Both the position numbers and the translations under genes were made by a program. Below, one piece after another: positions 53,901 to 62,040 of a DNA stretch of 64,000 bases. A model generated the notes under the pieces. It was given only the letters and a program-made list of their open reading frames with translations, was not told the origin of the DNA and ran no database searches. Within the stretch, counting starts at the first letter, position 1, and every line of letters begins with the position of its first letter. Source of the stretch: a virus; the IMG/VR virus record IMGVR_UViG_3300050821_018577, positions 96,001 to 160,000 of that record. One strand, 5' to 3'.

Positions 53901-56113
53901 GTTTGCGCGGCGGCACTCAATTGAAGAACGCCAGCGCCATTTGAAGAGACGGTCAAATTCACTCCGGATACAGTAATTGGACCGGAGCTTAACGAACCCG
54001 ATGGTCCGATACTGCTGACGACGCTTCCCGAAGTAGCGTAGGAAATCGACCCGCCGGTCGTACTGACCAGCAATCCAGCACCAGCACTGAAAGCCGGCGC
54101 GAGGATCGACAATATATTGCTGGTAGTCGAATTGGCTCCTACGGTTGTGCTTTGCGACAGCACCATAGGGCTGACGGCCTGCAAAATCAGCGTGCCAGTC
54201 GCGATAACAGAAGATGTTCCGGAAGTGTTGCCGGACATCTCTGCGGCCGAAAGGACAGCCGGCGTGGTTGCTGCATAGCTGATGGTGCCGCCCGTCGTGC
54301 TGACGCTGAGGATCCCGCCGGCGCTGTAAAGCGGGCCAGCATAGCTAATCGTTCCACCAGTCGTGCTCACGGCCAGTGGCGAGGCCGCAGAATAAGCCGG
54401 GCCAAACACCGACAGCACGTTGCTCGTCGTCGAATTGGCGCCGATAGTGGTGCTTTGCGACAAGCCAATTGGTGAAATTGCCTGGAGATAGAGCGTGCCC
54501 GTCGATACAGCGGAGCTTGTCCCGGAGGTGTTGCCGGAAATCTGTACAGCAGAGATGACGGTCTGCGGAGACGGTCCGACAATCGAGACGGTGAGCGAAC
54601 CAACACCTGTCGCGGTTTGCAAGGTAATGTTCGCGCCCGCTGCCAACGCCAGGGAGACGCCGGTTCCGGTCACGTTGGTGCCGGCGGCGCTCAAAGTTTG
54701 CGTGCCAGCCGCACCCGCGCCACCAGCACCGCCAATAATCGTGACCGAATTTAGGCCCGCGCCAGTTGTCTGTGACAGCGTGATATTGCTGCCAGCGCAA
54801 AGGATCAATGCCCCGGAAGCGATAAGCCCCGACGCTCCGGAGGTTGCGCCGCCACCGGACGCGCTAATTTCCGCAGCCGACAAAAACACCGAAGAAAGGG
54901 AAAGACTGACCGAACTGGCGCCAGTGGTTAATCCAAGTCCAGCGCCTGCTGCCAGCACCATCGTTCCCGTGCTCGAGGCCAAACCGCTTGGCGAAACGGC
55001 ATTCTCGCCGCTCACAGAAACAGTCATGGCTCCTACGGCCGTGGCAGTTTGCAAGCTGATGTTCGCGCCAGCCGCCAGGGCGAGAGAGATACCCGCCGCA
55101 GTGACGCTGGTTCCGGACGCGCTTATCGTCTGCGTTCCTGGAGCGACAGTCGTGTTCCCGCTAATCCCGATGACGTTTGCGCCGCTACTGGAAATCGTGA
55201 TGCCCGGGCCGGCCGAAAATGAAATCGACCCCGCGCTAGTGGACGTCCCGGCTCCCACCGCGTTGACGAGATTAGCAGGCGCGCTGATGCCGATGACACT
55301 GGCTCCGCTGCTGGAGATGGTGATATTGTTGCCGCCGGAAATCGAAATCGAGCCAACACTTGTGGACGTTCCTGCGCCCAGGGCGCTTACGCCCGCTCCG
55401 CCACCGCCTGCCGCGCCGACAATCGTGATGGATTGCGAATTCTGACTGAGTGAGATATTGCTGCCGGCGACCAACTTTAAGGTCGCGATTTGCGCGGAGG
55501 TTCCACCGATGACACTTCCGCCGACTGCGGAATCTGCGGAAACGTAAATCGACGCGGCCGATGGAGATGGGCCCAAGACCGTAATTGAATTCGCGCTGGT
55601 GCCAGAATTCTGAGAAAGCGTAATGTTGCTGCCGGCGCAGAGGATCAGGCCACCCAACGCAATGCTGCTGGCGCCTAGTGTTGTGCCTCCGCCGGATGCC
55701 GATATGGCGAAATCGGTGATTAGTTCGAATACCGAGCCGCCCACCAATTGTTGCGTTACGGAAAATAACAGAGGAGCGGTTACAGGAGACGCGAGCCAAA
55801 CTTCACCGACTACGCTGCTGGCCGGAAATAATTCACCGGACCGCCATCGATAGGTTTCCCCGGCAGAAACCAGCGTGGTTACACCATTATCGAGAACGTA
55901 GAAGGAAGATGGCGCAGTCTCGTCCTCAATGACCTGTTTGATGTCGACGAAATTACACGGGACGCTAGCGACGACCAGTTCTGGTTCGTTTAGGACGGCG
56001 AGATAGAAGGTATCTGCCACATATGGATGATTGCAAAAAAAGCATTCACTGGCGAGATTTTTTGCTACCATCGGTGACGTGAAAGAAGCAGTCAACGCGG
56101 CGGCAATAGCCAA
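50978..56113 (-). CDS. giant S/T/G/A-rich repetitive fibre/adhesin-like protein (start uncertain)
   Basis: Recurrent LxAGxNIxLSQ and SGNTSGTSS repeats over about 1200 aa; distinct C-terminal head. Confidence 0.7.
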   Translation of the reverse strand: MAIAAALTASFTSPMVAKNLASECFFCNHPYVADTFYLAVLNEPELVVASVPCNFVDIKQVIEDETAPSSFYVLDNGVTTLVSAGETYRWRSGELFPASSVVGEVWLASPVTAPLLFSVTQQLVGGSVFELITDFAISASGGGTTLGASSIALGGLILCAGSNITLSQNSGTSANSITVLGPSPSAASIYVSADSAVGGSVIGGTSAQIATLKLVAGSNISLSQNSQSITIVGAAGGGGAGVSALGAGTSTSVGSISISGGNNITISSSGASVIGISAPANLVNAVGAGTSTSAGSISFSAGPGITISSSGANVIGISGNTTVAPGTQTISASGTSVTAAGISLALAAGANISLQTATAVGAMTVSVSGENAVSPSGLASSTGTMVLAAGAGLGLTTGASSVSLSLSSVFLSAAEISASGGGATSGASGLIASGALILCAGSNITLSQTTGAGLNSVTIIGGAGGAGAAGTQTLSAAGTNVTGTGVSLALAAGANITLQTATGVGSLTVSIVGPSPQTVISAVQISGNTSGTSSAVSTGTLYLQAISPIGLSQSTTIGANSTTSNVLSVFGPAYSAASPLAVSTTGGTISYAGPLYSAGGILSVSTTGGTISYAATTPAVLSAAEMSGNTSGTSSVIATGTLILQAVSPMVLSQSTTVGANSTTSNILSILAPAFSAGAGLLVSTTGGSISYATSGSVVSSIGPSGSLSSGPITVSGVNLTVSSNGAGVLQLSAAAQTIQPSISAIEMSGNTSGTSSVITNGTVFVQAVSPIGLSQSTTTGTASTTSSVLSIFGPAYSAGGGLGLSTTGGTISYSQTLQGNIVSSIGPSGSLSSGPITVSGVNLTVSSNGAGVLQLSVAPDAAQTIQPGISAIQISGNTSGTSSVITNGTVFFQAISPFVLSQSTTIGTASTTSSVLSILGPTYSAGGGLGLSTTGGVISYSQTAVPLGTQTISASGTSITGTAISLALAAGANISLQTATAVGAMTVSISGSSVVSSLNGSTGAMSISAGANIGIGQAASTITISASSYSTLVSISTTVGGASSGTANTASSSAFALVAGSNITLSQLSTNPSITIIGPAPGAGAAGTNTFSASGTSIAGTALSLAFAAGANVSLQTATAVNSMTISVSASSYSTLVSVTTTSGGATSGTANTASSSAFALVAGSNITLSQLSTNPAVTVIGPAPTVPTSLILQDSNSVLWSVTIDDNGVLHTATVTYGNLSTLTLDDAGLTTSWIVGVSIAGALTTTSTTFSGANPTGFIIKSPSYLWTIGVTSAGALTTRRLNDSLASKISIFQNHSFGMVNNVQVSGVVTSGATSTANSFGSSLLLQRVFLPAAMTLTEVDLAHNISFAVTNSGAGQMSQSLVLYSFVNSTQLTSVLSISSSWSWSSGTSTTAGATSLTQFQGGWSGPLVHPMTFGSTSTTAGEYVVGHLLNFSASSTNWSVSLYGADGLFTSTTQVAAATGVTSATLGAMSSGGLLAASALTASTSTAITAFTVAPSVASVNTSGGLVAGSAVTGISSYGAAFLALSTSGNASAFTISASSGSLSSFNSAASISATGTAKSETIALVGASANSNIVSTLGTVAGSHITGTTTVSVLSNAGTLGINVLSSGGLLAGSFFTASGSLSAVTNVGLAALGSTTLTGINPADTVFSVQNTGSVFSTAFPSQFLAGIMSTGGIPAAITLTSTNITISGSQVFNQPWFCLAGS
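53148..53212. repeat. 65-bp identical repeat, second copy 55017-55081
   Basis: Exact match by eye at offset 1869 within the giant gene. Confidence 0.85.
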
Positions 56114-56510
56114 GAAGCTCCGGTCTCGGCCGGCTCCTGAGTGCGAGGAGTGTCAAGCCAAAACCATGCAGCTTGTTGGGGATGGAACGCTTCGTTGTAC
56201 TTCTTGCGGACACCAACAAGGTCCTACACCGCAAGTGTTGCTCACAACCGATGCAGCTAGCGCCGAGAATTATCAGCAGCCGCATACTGGAGCTCCGGTA
56301 AGAACACCCAGCGTAGGCGGGCTGCCCATCGGCATCAACGCATTACAGATTGGCCCGACCGTCGCGCATTTCGAGCAACCCGATTACCGCGCGCCGGCTG
56401 CCGTGAAAGGCGTTGCAGACTATCCCATGTACGCCAACGCCAATGCGTTGCAAATCGGTCCGACACCAGCTAAACGCTACGTGCAGCCTGGCGGGGATCC
56501 GCGGGGGTAA
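56031..56510 (+). CDS. Zn-ribbon protein with QPDYRAP repeats
   Basis: CEEC..CTSC; two internal NALQIGPT repeats; ends PGGDPRG. Confidence 0.5.
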   Translation: MQKKHSLARFFATIGDVKEAVNAAAIAKKLRSRPAPECEECQAKTMQLVGDGTLRCTSCGHQQGPTPQVLLTTDAASAENYQQPHTGAPVRTPSVGGLPIGINALQIGPTVAHFEQPDYRAPAAVKGVADYPMYANANALQIGPTPAKRYVQPGGDPRG

Positions 56511-56511
56511 T

Positions 56512-56724
56512 ATGAGTTTCAACCCGAATCCGATGGGGATCACTGGTCCGACGTCGCCGGCCTGGAAAGAGCAGAACGATTACCGCGCGCCGGTCGTTAA
56601 CGCCAACGTTGTCAGCTATCCGATTGCCACCAATGTACTGCTGTTGACTTGGCCGTTGCCAATTTACGTGAATCCCGTGAGCGTCAAGGACGACCCGCAA
56701 GGAACCATTCGCGGCGGTAGATAA
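56512..56724 (+). CDS. small QxDYRAP/DDPQG family peptide
   Basis: EQNDYRAP..KDDPQG. Confidence 0.55.
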   Translation: MSFNPNPMGITGPTSPAWKEQNDYRAPVVNANVVSYPIATNVLLLTWPLPIYVNPVSVKDDPQGTIRGGR

Positions 56725-56770
56725 TGCTTGACGTGCGGCGCAAGAATCGTTCATCATAGGGGGTAAGTTT

Positions 56771-56962
56771 ATGGCGAATTACATACAGCCCGACTTCCGC
56801 ATTCCGGCAGGCGCCGGCGTGTCTGTATTGATTGAAAAAGCGGAACTCAATCTTGACCCAGGGCCGATACCACCGCCGCATTTTATCGACCCGGTGACAA
56901 GCAAAGATGACCCACAAGGAACGGTCGTTGCAGGAAAGAGCGGAAAGGGAGGACCAGGATAA
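56771..56962 (+). CDS. small QPDxR/DDPQG family peptide
   Basis: MANYIQPDFRIP..KDDPQG. Confidence 0.6.
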   Translation: MANYIQPDFRIPAGAGVSVLIEKAELNLDPGPIPPPHFIDPVTSKDDPQGTVVAGKSGKGGPG

Positions 56963-57177
56963 TGGCAAATTACGTACAACCCGACTACCGCGCACCCGTC
57001 AACGGCGCTTCGGTCCAGGTCGAAAGCATCGTCAATGCCCTAATCGCGAGTCCTGTGCAGTCGCCTGCCTTTATTGAACGCGTCACACCGCTAGACGACC
57101 CCCAAGGAAACATTAGGGTCGGTAAAAGCGGCAAGAAGCCCATCACCGGTGCGACGCGAGCTCAAGGCGTCAATTAA
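56962..57177 (+). CDS. small QPDYRAP/DDPQG family peptide
   Basis: MANYVQPDYRAP..LDDPQG; GGAGG RBS; TAATG coupling. Confidence 0.6.
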   Translation: MANYVQPDYRAPVNGASVQVESIVNALIASPVQSPAFIERVTPLDDPQGNIRVGKSGKKPITGATRAQGVN

Positions 57178-57188
57178 AACAAATTTCC

Positions 57189-57265
57189 GGGCTCGTAGCT
57201 CAATTTGGGAGAGCGCCTGCCTTGCAAGCAGGAGGCAGCCGGTTCGAGACCGGCCGGGTCCACCA
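57189..57265 (+). tRNA. tRNA-Ala(TGC)
   Basis: Cloverleaf, G3:U70, CCA. Confidence 0.9.
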
Positions 57266-57274
57266 TTTTTATCT

Positions 57275-57398
57275 TCGCGGTGCTGCGAACGGTAACGTCG
57301 CAGGGTGAACAAAACCTCTCAGGGACAAAGGGCGGGCAACCGTCAAATGGCGTAAACTGAGAGAAAAGTAGCCGAGATTTAATTACCCTTCACCGCGA
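57275..57398 (+). ncRNA. candidate structured RNA between tRNAs
   Basis: TCGCGGTG/CACCGCGA, CTGCGA/TCGCAG, CTCTCAG/CTGAGAG, GCAA tetraloop hairpin. Confidence 0.45.
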
Positions 57399-57419
57399 TA
57401 GTTCTTCGTAAAGAAGAAA

Positions 57420-57495
57420 CGCCCTGTGGTGCAACGGCTTAGCACACAGGCCTTTCAAGTCTGAGATGCGGGTTCGATTCCCGTCGGGGCGACCA
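57420..57495 (+). tRNA. tRNA-Glu(TTC)
   Basis: Cloverleaf, CCA. Confidence 0.85.
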
Positions 57496-57508
57496 ATTAA
57501 GTTTCTGC

Positions 57509-57584
57509 TGGGGCGTGGTCCAACTGGTAGGGCAGGACACCGTTAATGTCTAGGGTGAAGGTTCGAATCCTTCCGCCCCAGCCA
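57509..57584 (+). tRNA. tRNA-Asn(GTT), C33
   Basis: Loop CCGTTAA; G73; CCA. Confidence 0.8.
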
Positions 57585-57733
57585 ATTTTACGGAGGTTGT
57601 ATTGAGCAGGCCGCGAGATGCAATGAGCAACTGGCTGAAAATTACTTTGGCCGTATCGGGAGGATTCATCCTGGGAATGTTTTGGGCCATGCTGGGCTGC
57701 CGATATTCGATGCATCACTAACTGGAGGACGTC

Positions 57734-57907
57734 ATGGCTGTTATTCTGAATTCGAAATTTGCAACCCCAGAAGATGTTGCAAAAGCATTAGGCGTATCAA
57801 AGACCCGGCTGAAATGGTTGCTGCGCTTGACGGACAGGAAGCGGATCTCGGAAACAGAACGCCGCAGACGAAACGCAAAACAGATGCGCAGGCGGCGCCG
57901 GCTTTGA
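57734..57907 (+). CDS. small HTH-like basic protein (not in ORF track)
   Basis: GGAGG RBS; TPEDVAKALGVSKTRL. Confidence 0.5.
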   Translation: MAVILNSKFATPEDVAKALGVSKTRLKWLLRLTDRKRISETERRRRNAKQMRRRRRL

Positions 57908-57944
57908 GCGCGAAGTATGGCCGAAGATAGTAAAAAAGTTTCTT

Positions 57945-58020
57945 GGGACTGTAGCTCAGTCGGCAGAGCCTCCGCCTTTTAAGCGGAACGTCGCGCGTTC
58001 GATTCGCGCCAGTCCCACCA
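57945..58020 (+). tRNA. tRNA-Lys(TTT)
   Basis: Cloverleaf, CCA. Confidence 0.9.
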
Positions 58021-58025
58021 AGTTC

Positions 58026-58101
58026 GGGCGCGTAGCTCAGTGAACAGAGCCTTCGGCTCTTAACCGAAACGTCGTGGGTTAGATTCCCACCGCGCCCACC
58101 A
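58026..58101 (+). tRNA. tRNA-Lys(CTT)
   Basis: Cloverleaf, CCA; T loop TTAGATT. Confidence 0.85.
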
Positions 58102-58108
58102 AGTTTGT

Positions 58109-58183
58109 TGGCGAATCGTCCAACTGGAAGGACCTGAGATTTTGGATCTCAGTATCGGGGTTCGAATCCCTGTTCGCCAACCA
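58109..58183 (+). tRNA. tRNA-Gln(TTG)
   Basis: Cloverleaf, U1-A72, CCA. Confidence 0.85.
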
Positions 58184-58185
58184 AC

Positions 58186-58260
58186 TGCCCGGTCGTTTAA
58201 TTGGTAGGACGTCGGCCTCTGGAGTCGACTATGAACGTTCGAGTCGTTCCCGGGCAGCCA
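58186..58260 (+). tRNA. tRNA-Gln(CTG)
   Basis: Cloverleaf, U1-A72, G73, CCA. Confidence 0.85.
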
Positions 58261-58274
58261 AATTTAGGAGGCAG

Positions 58275-58487
58275 ATGCCTGAGCAGAAACTTCAAATGAT
58301 TCTTGAGCGGGTTCATCCTGGAAGCGAGCCTCGATGCTTTAGGCTGTGGGCTTGCCGCGGAGAAGGGCATGGATGTAAGCGGAACGAATTTCGTAAGAGC
58401 AAAGTGCATTGCGATGATTGTGTTCAAACTCGGGACGAAGAAACTATAAACGCCCTACTTGCTCGAATGAGTAGAGGAGATGCATAG
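58275..58487 (+). CDS. small Cys-rich protein
   Basis: AGGAGG RBS; C..C..HC..C..CDDC. Confidence 0.5.
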   Translation: MPEQKLQMILERVHPGSEPRCFRLWACRGEGHGCKRNEFRKSKVHCDDCVQTRDEETINALLARMSRGDA

Positions 58488-58496
58488 GATTGGAAG

Positions 58497-58820
58497 ATGA
58501 GCGACGAAAAGAAACCACTAACCGAGGAGCAGCTAAAAAAGAAGTTGCGAAACATTCGGCCGGAGAATATTGTTCCTGCCGATGACACAGAGGTTCTCAA
58601 ACACGAGAAGTCGCTGGACCGTATCCTTCGCGCAATGGGCGAGATTGCTGAATGCGATTGGCGCTTCGATACTGTGTTCATCAGCGACCTGTCGAGTGTC
58701 GGAGATTTTCTTCACGAGGAAAGTGAGCTGGCAACGCTTTCAACGAAGCTCGGTGTCGCAGGGATCAGCAGAAGGGATAGCCTGGTGGACATCGCGATGC
58801 GTGTCGAACCGAAGCAGTAG
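58497..58820 (+). CDS. hypothetical protein
   Basis: ORF with RBS. Confidence 0.5.
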   Translation: MSDEKKPLTEEQLKKKLRNIRPENIVPADDTEVLKHEKSLDRILRAMGEIAECDWRFDTVFISDLSSVGDFLHEESELATLSTKLGVAGISRRDSLVDIAMRVEPKQ

Positions 58821-59013
58821 CCATGCTTGAATTTTTAGGCTCGCAACCGGATGGCAGGAGAGAGTATAAATGCTCCGAGTGCAAACGCGATTTCGAGATT
58901 CGTGGATGGAAAGAAACAGTCGATGCGGACGACCCGGCAGACGAAGAATTGGAGGATCCAACCTGGTGCCCGTTTTGCGGAACAGGTGGAACGAAATGAA
59001 CAAGAGATTCAAA

Positions 59014-59089
59014 GCCGCCGTAGCTCAGATGGCAGAGCACTCCATTCGTAATGGAGACGTCAGTGGTTCGATTCCACTCGGTGGCCCCA
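59014..59089 (+). tRNA. tRNA-Thr(CGT)
   Basis: Cloverleaf, CCA. Confidence 0.9.
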
Positions 59090-59105
59090 ATTTAGAGGCG
59101 ATGCC

Positions 59106-59399
59106 GTGAGTACCCTCTCCAGCCCCAGAATTGGCGACGTTGTAGAGGTGACGACCGGCAGTCCGCCACTGACAGTTGTGGCTCTTGGAGAAACAGATTT
59201 TACAGCCCGGTGGCTCACGTACAATACCGAGGCGCAGCGCCAGGAGCGAATCAAAAAGGATTGGCCGCTTTTCGGGGAAGCATCGTTTGCTTACGACCGC
59301 ATCAAGAGAATTTGTGGGAGGAACGATGGCCAAAAAGCCAATCAAAATTGGAACCGTTGTGCGATTGAACAGCGGCGGCCCGCCAATGACTGTCGTTAG
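59106..59399 (+). CDS. DUF2158/YodC-like protein
   Basis: IGDVVEVTTGSPPLTV..W..F. Confidence 0.55.
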   Translation: MSTLSSPRIGDVVEVTTGSPPLTVVALGETDFTARWLTYNTEAQRQERIKKDWPLFGEASFAYDRIKRICGRNDGQKANQNWNRCAIEQRRPANDCR

Positions 59400-59496
59400 A
59401 TTCAACGATACGCATGTCGCGGTAATTTGGGTTAGCGGCGCGATGGTGCAAAAAGCAACATTTCCTCGGGAATGTATTAGGCTGGAGGAAAAATGA
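59326..59496 (+). CDS. DUF2158/YodC-like protein (tandem paralog)
   Basis: GGAGG RBS; IGTVVRLNSGGPPMTV..W..FP. Confidence 0.7.
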   Translation: MAKKPIKIGTVVRLNSGGPPMTVVRFNDTHVAVIWVSGAMVQKATFPRECIRLEEK

Positions 59497-59501
59497 AATT
59501 A

Positions 59502-59576
59502 GCCGGGATAGCTCAACGGGTAGAGCAGCGCATTGGTAATGCACAGACAGCGGTTCGAGCCCGCTTCCTGGCCCCA
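59502..59576 (+). tRNA. tRNA-Thr(GGT)
   Basis: Cloverleaf, CCA. Confidence 0.85.
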
Positions 59577-59820
59577 AAGTTCGAGAGGGTGAAGCGCAGA
59601 CTGCATTATTGCATCGGCTGGGTCGGCGTGAAGCTGTGCAATTTCTCGCGGTATCGGCCGATAACCGAAATGGAATGCGCAAGCTCAATTCAGTATGCGA
59701 GCGCCATGATTGCCTACATGGAGATGCACGGCCAGAAGTCAGCCGGCGAATGGCAGTTGCGCCAATTTCACAGCTGGATGAACGACATCAAGCAAGGCGC
59801 ACTGGTCAACTGAGTTTCGA

Positions 59821-59895
59821 GCTAGGCTAGTTCCAATGTAGAACGACACATTTGTAATGTGTGCGATCGGGGTTCAAGTCCCCGGCCTAGCCCCA
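59821..59895 (+). tRNA. tRNA-Thr(TGT)
   Basis: Cloverleaf, CCA. Confidence 0.8.
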
Positions 59896-59955
59896 AAGTT
59901 TGCAGTAAGCGGGCCGGCGGCGCTAAGGAGGCGCGACAGCGACACCCGCTGAAAA

Positions 59956-60031
59956 GGGCGCGTAGCTCAGTGGGTAGAGCACGCGGTCGATAACCGCGCG
60001 GTCCCAGGTTCGATGCCTGGCGCGCCCACCA
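59956..60031 (+). tRNA. tRNA-Ile(GAT), C33
   Basis: Loop TCGATAA; CCA. Confidence 0.85.
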
Positions 60032-60041
60032 AAAAGTTTCC

Positions 60042-60116
60042 GGCCCTGTAGCTCAATGGAAGAGCGGCTGAGTTCTAACCAGCGCGTTGAGAGTTCGAGT
60101 CTCTCCGGGGTCACCA
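60042..60116 (+). tRNA. tRNA-Arg(TCT), atypical G32
   Basis: Loop GTTCTAA; CCA. Confidence 0.75.
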
Positions 60117-60121
60117 CTTTC

Positions 60122-60195
60122 GCGGGTGTCGTCTAGTGGTAAGACACGTGGTTGCCATCCACGAAACGCCGGTCCGATTCCGGTCGCTCGCTCCA
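60122..60195 (+). tRNA. tRNA-Gly(GCC)
   Basis: Cloverleaf, U73, CCA; T loop TCCGATT. Confidence 0.85.
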
Positions 60196-60205
60196 GATTG
60201 GAGGC

Positions 60206-60433
60206 ATGATGTTCATCGTGGTCACAAGGATCCTGAAAGGGCGCACGCCGCAAGAGCGCACGGTCAAGTGTGCGGTCAACACCGAATTGGTGGCATGGGC
60301 TGAACAGACCGGGTGCGGATTTATTCTTGTGAAGATGGCAGGGGACCTTCCGGACGTTGAAGTCGTAGACGATGAATGGGCCAGTTTAGTTGACAAGCTG
60401 GCCGGCCCTGACCATACGGGAGTCAGGCCGTAA
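60206..60433 (+). CDS. hypothetical protein
   Basis: GGAGG RBS. Confidence 0.5.
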   Translation: MMFIVVTRILKGRTPQERTVKCAVNTELVAWAEQTGCGFILVKMAGDLPDVEVVDDEWASLVDKLAGPDHTGVRP

Positions 60434-60440
60434 AAAGTTT

Positions 60441-60513
60441 GCGGGTATGGCCGATCGGTAAGGCGTCGGTCTTCCAAGCCGACTAAGGGGTTCGACTCCC
60501 CATATCCGCTCCA
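60441..60513 (+). tRNA. tRNA-Gly(TCC)
   Basis: Cloverleaf, U73, CCA. Confidence 0.85.
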
Positions 60514-60519
60514 AATGTT

Positions 60520-60724
60520 CTCGGTGCCTAGCGTGGTCAGGCACGGACTCGGGAGGAAATGACTGGTGGAACTGTGGGAGGGTCGGCGGATGCAAGCCTT
60601 GGGCCGAGGAGCCGTCCGAAGTACAAAACTCCGTAGAGAGGCTTGGTCAGACTTCCGCAAACGTTCTGTACCCACGCACTGGACAGGCCGCTATAATGCC
60701 CGAGGGTTATAACTAGGCACCGGG
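60520..60724 (+). ncRNA. 6S RNA-like rod-shaped ncRNA
   Basis: CGGTGCCTAG/CTAGGCACCG closing stem; CTCGGG/CCCGAG, GTGG/CCAC, CAAGCC/GGCTTG; about 200 nt. Confidence 0.5.
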
Positions 60725-60796
60725 ACAAATTTAGGGTATAAGTATAGAATCAGCCATGTCGAGAAGATGCGGTCGTATCGACGTGGACATTACCGC

Positions 60797-60871
60797 AGGA
60801 GAGTAAGATAACGGTAGTCGCCGGGTCTCCAAAACCTTGGAGTGGGGGTTCGAATCCTCCCTTTCCTGCCA
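60797..60871 (+). tRNA. tRNA-Trp(CCA)
   Basis: Loop CTCCAAA; G73; CCA. Confidence 0.8.
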
Positions 60872-60889
60872 AAGTTATTTGGTGCCGTG

Positions 60890-61108
60890 ATGGAGGTTAC
60901 GAACAAGAAGCCATGTTCGAGCGGAAAGCGAAAGATTCTTGACAGGCCTTCCGCAGAAGCTTCGGCTGAGCGGCGCACTGAGGCATTCGGACCCAGATTC
61001 GTTTATAAGTGTGGGGAATGCGGCTATTATCATTTGACAAGCCGCCGCCAGCCACGGAGTCGCAATGAGCAACGTGCGGATCACGAAAGAAGGGCTGAAA
61101 TATTTTGA
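60890..61108 (+). CDS. small phage Zn-binding protein
   Basis: YKCGECGYYHLTS. Confidence 0.5.
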   Translation: MEVTNKKPCSSGKRKILDRPSAEASAERRTEAFGPRFVYKCGECGYYHLTSRRQPRSRNEQRADHERRAEIF

Positions 61109-61703
61109 AGGTGACAGCGTCGAGCTGGTTCGCACGTTTCTCGGTAAGTTGCGTTGTACCTGCGCGATTGACCTGGGCGTGACGCTTGGCGATATCTTTG
61201 CGGCCGTTGAACGAGACAGGCCGTTGAAACATTTTATTGGCGGCTACTCCTGGTGCGATATGGACGCATTCCACCAGGAGGCCAAGCTGCCATCGGCGAA
61301 ACCTTCGGACTTGTTGTACATCGATGTTTCATCGCATTTTGAGTTCGGAGAAGGTTGGATTATCGACGTGCATGGAATCGGCAAAGATGAGCACGCTATG
61401 GGAAACCGTTCTTACGCAATCGATTTCACGCCGGTCAACGATTTAGCGCATTTGGAGGTACGATTGACTGAGGAATGTGCCGTCTTTGACGAGAATTTAA
61501 AAGAGATTGGCAAATCCAAGGTTTATTTTTCCTTGCTCGACGTTCTTGGCGAGATTTATTTTGAGGTCAGCTTCCATGGCAATCCGCGAGACAGGAACGA
61601 AAAGTCCGCAGAACTATTGCAAGCGGTAAAAGAGATAGAATCCGGCGAAGCGAAGCTTACGCCATGGGAGGATCTGAAACCCAGCAAGACGACAGTAAAT
61701 TGA
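61065..61703 (+). CDS. conserved hypothetical protein
   Basis: GGAG RBS; LLDVLGEIYFEVSFHGNP. Confidence 0.55.
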   Translation: MSNVRITKEGLKYFEGDSVELVRTFLGKLRCTCAIDLGVTLGDIFAAVERDRPLKHFIGGYSWCDMDAFHQEAKLPSAKPSDLLYIDVSSHFEFGEGWIIDVHGIGKDEHAMGNRSYAIDFTPVNDLAHLEVRLTEECAVFDENLKEIGKSKVYFSLLDVLGEIYFEVSFHGNPRDRNEKSAELLQAVKEIESGEAKLTPWEDLKPSKTTVN

Positions 61704-61707
61704 GTTC

Positions 61708-61793
61708 GGGCCCTTGGCGTAATTGGCAGCCGCAGCTGGCTCAAAATCAGCCGCCCTAGTGGCGTGAAGGTTCGAGTCCTTCAGGGCCCACCA
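61708..61793 (+). tRNA. tRNA-Leu(CAA)
   Basis: Long variable arm, A73, CCA. Confidence 0.9.
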
Positions 61794-61944
61794 AATTCAG
61801 GAGAAGCAATGGTCAAGAGAGTTAACGAGCAAGCCAAGAAAAAAGCGGCAAGGCAAATCGCTGAAATCGCATACAGTTACTTGGCACAACTTCCCGAGGC
61901 GGAACAGGAGCGCCGAATAGAACGTATTGAGAAAATAAAGATTC

Positions 61945-62020
61945 GGTCCCGTCGTCCAACTGGATAGGACATCGGCCTCCGGAGCCGACGACCGCGGTTC
62001 GACTCCGCGCGGGACCGCCA
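61945..62020 (+). tRNA. tRNA-Arg(CCG)
   Basis: Cloverleaf, CCA. Confidence 0.9.
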
Positions 62021-62040
62021 TGAATTTGCGGAGGATAACG

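Noticed and set aside
51390-55853. Plus-strand and alternate-frame ORFs over the giant minus-strand gene
   Set aside because: Antisense shadows caused by repeat codon bias; no RBS or motifs.
57275-57398. Glycine or c-di-GMP-I riboswitch
   Set aside because: Only fragmentary resemblance (CTCTCAGG, GNRA loop); the key conserved cores are absent and the element precedes a tRNA, not a CDS.
60758-60786. Hairpin CCATGTCGA/TCGACGTGG resembling the array's ATGTC/GACAT helix
   Set aside because: It lacks the TACTG..TAC element, so it is not counted as an eighth unit.
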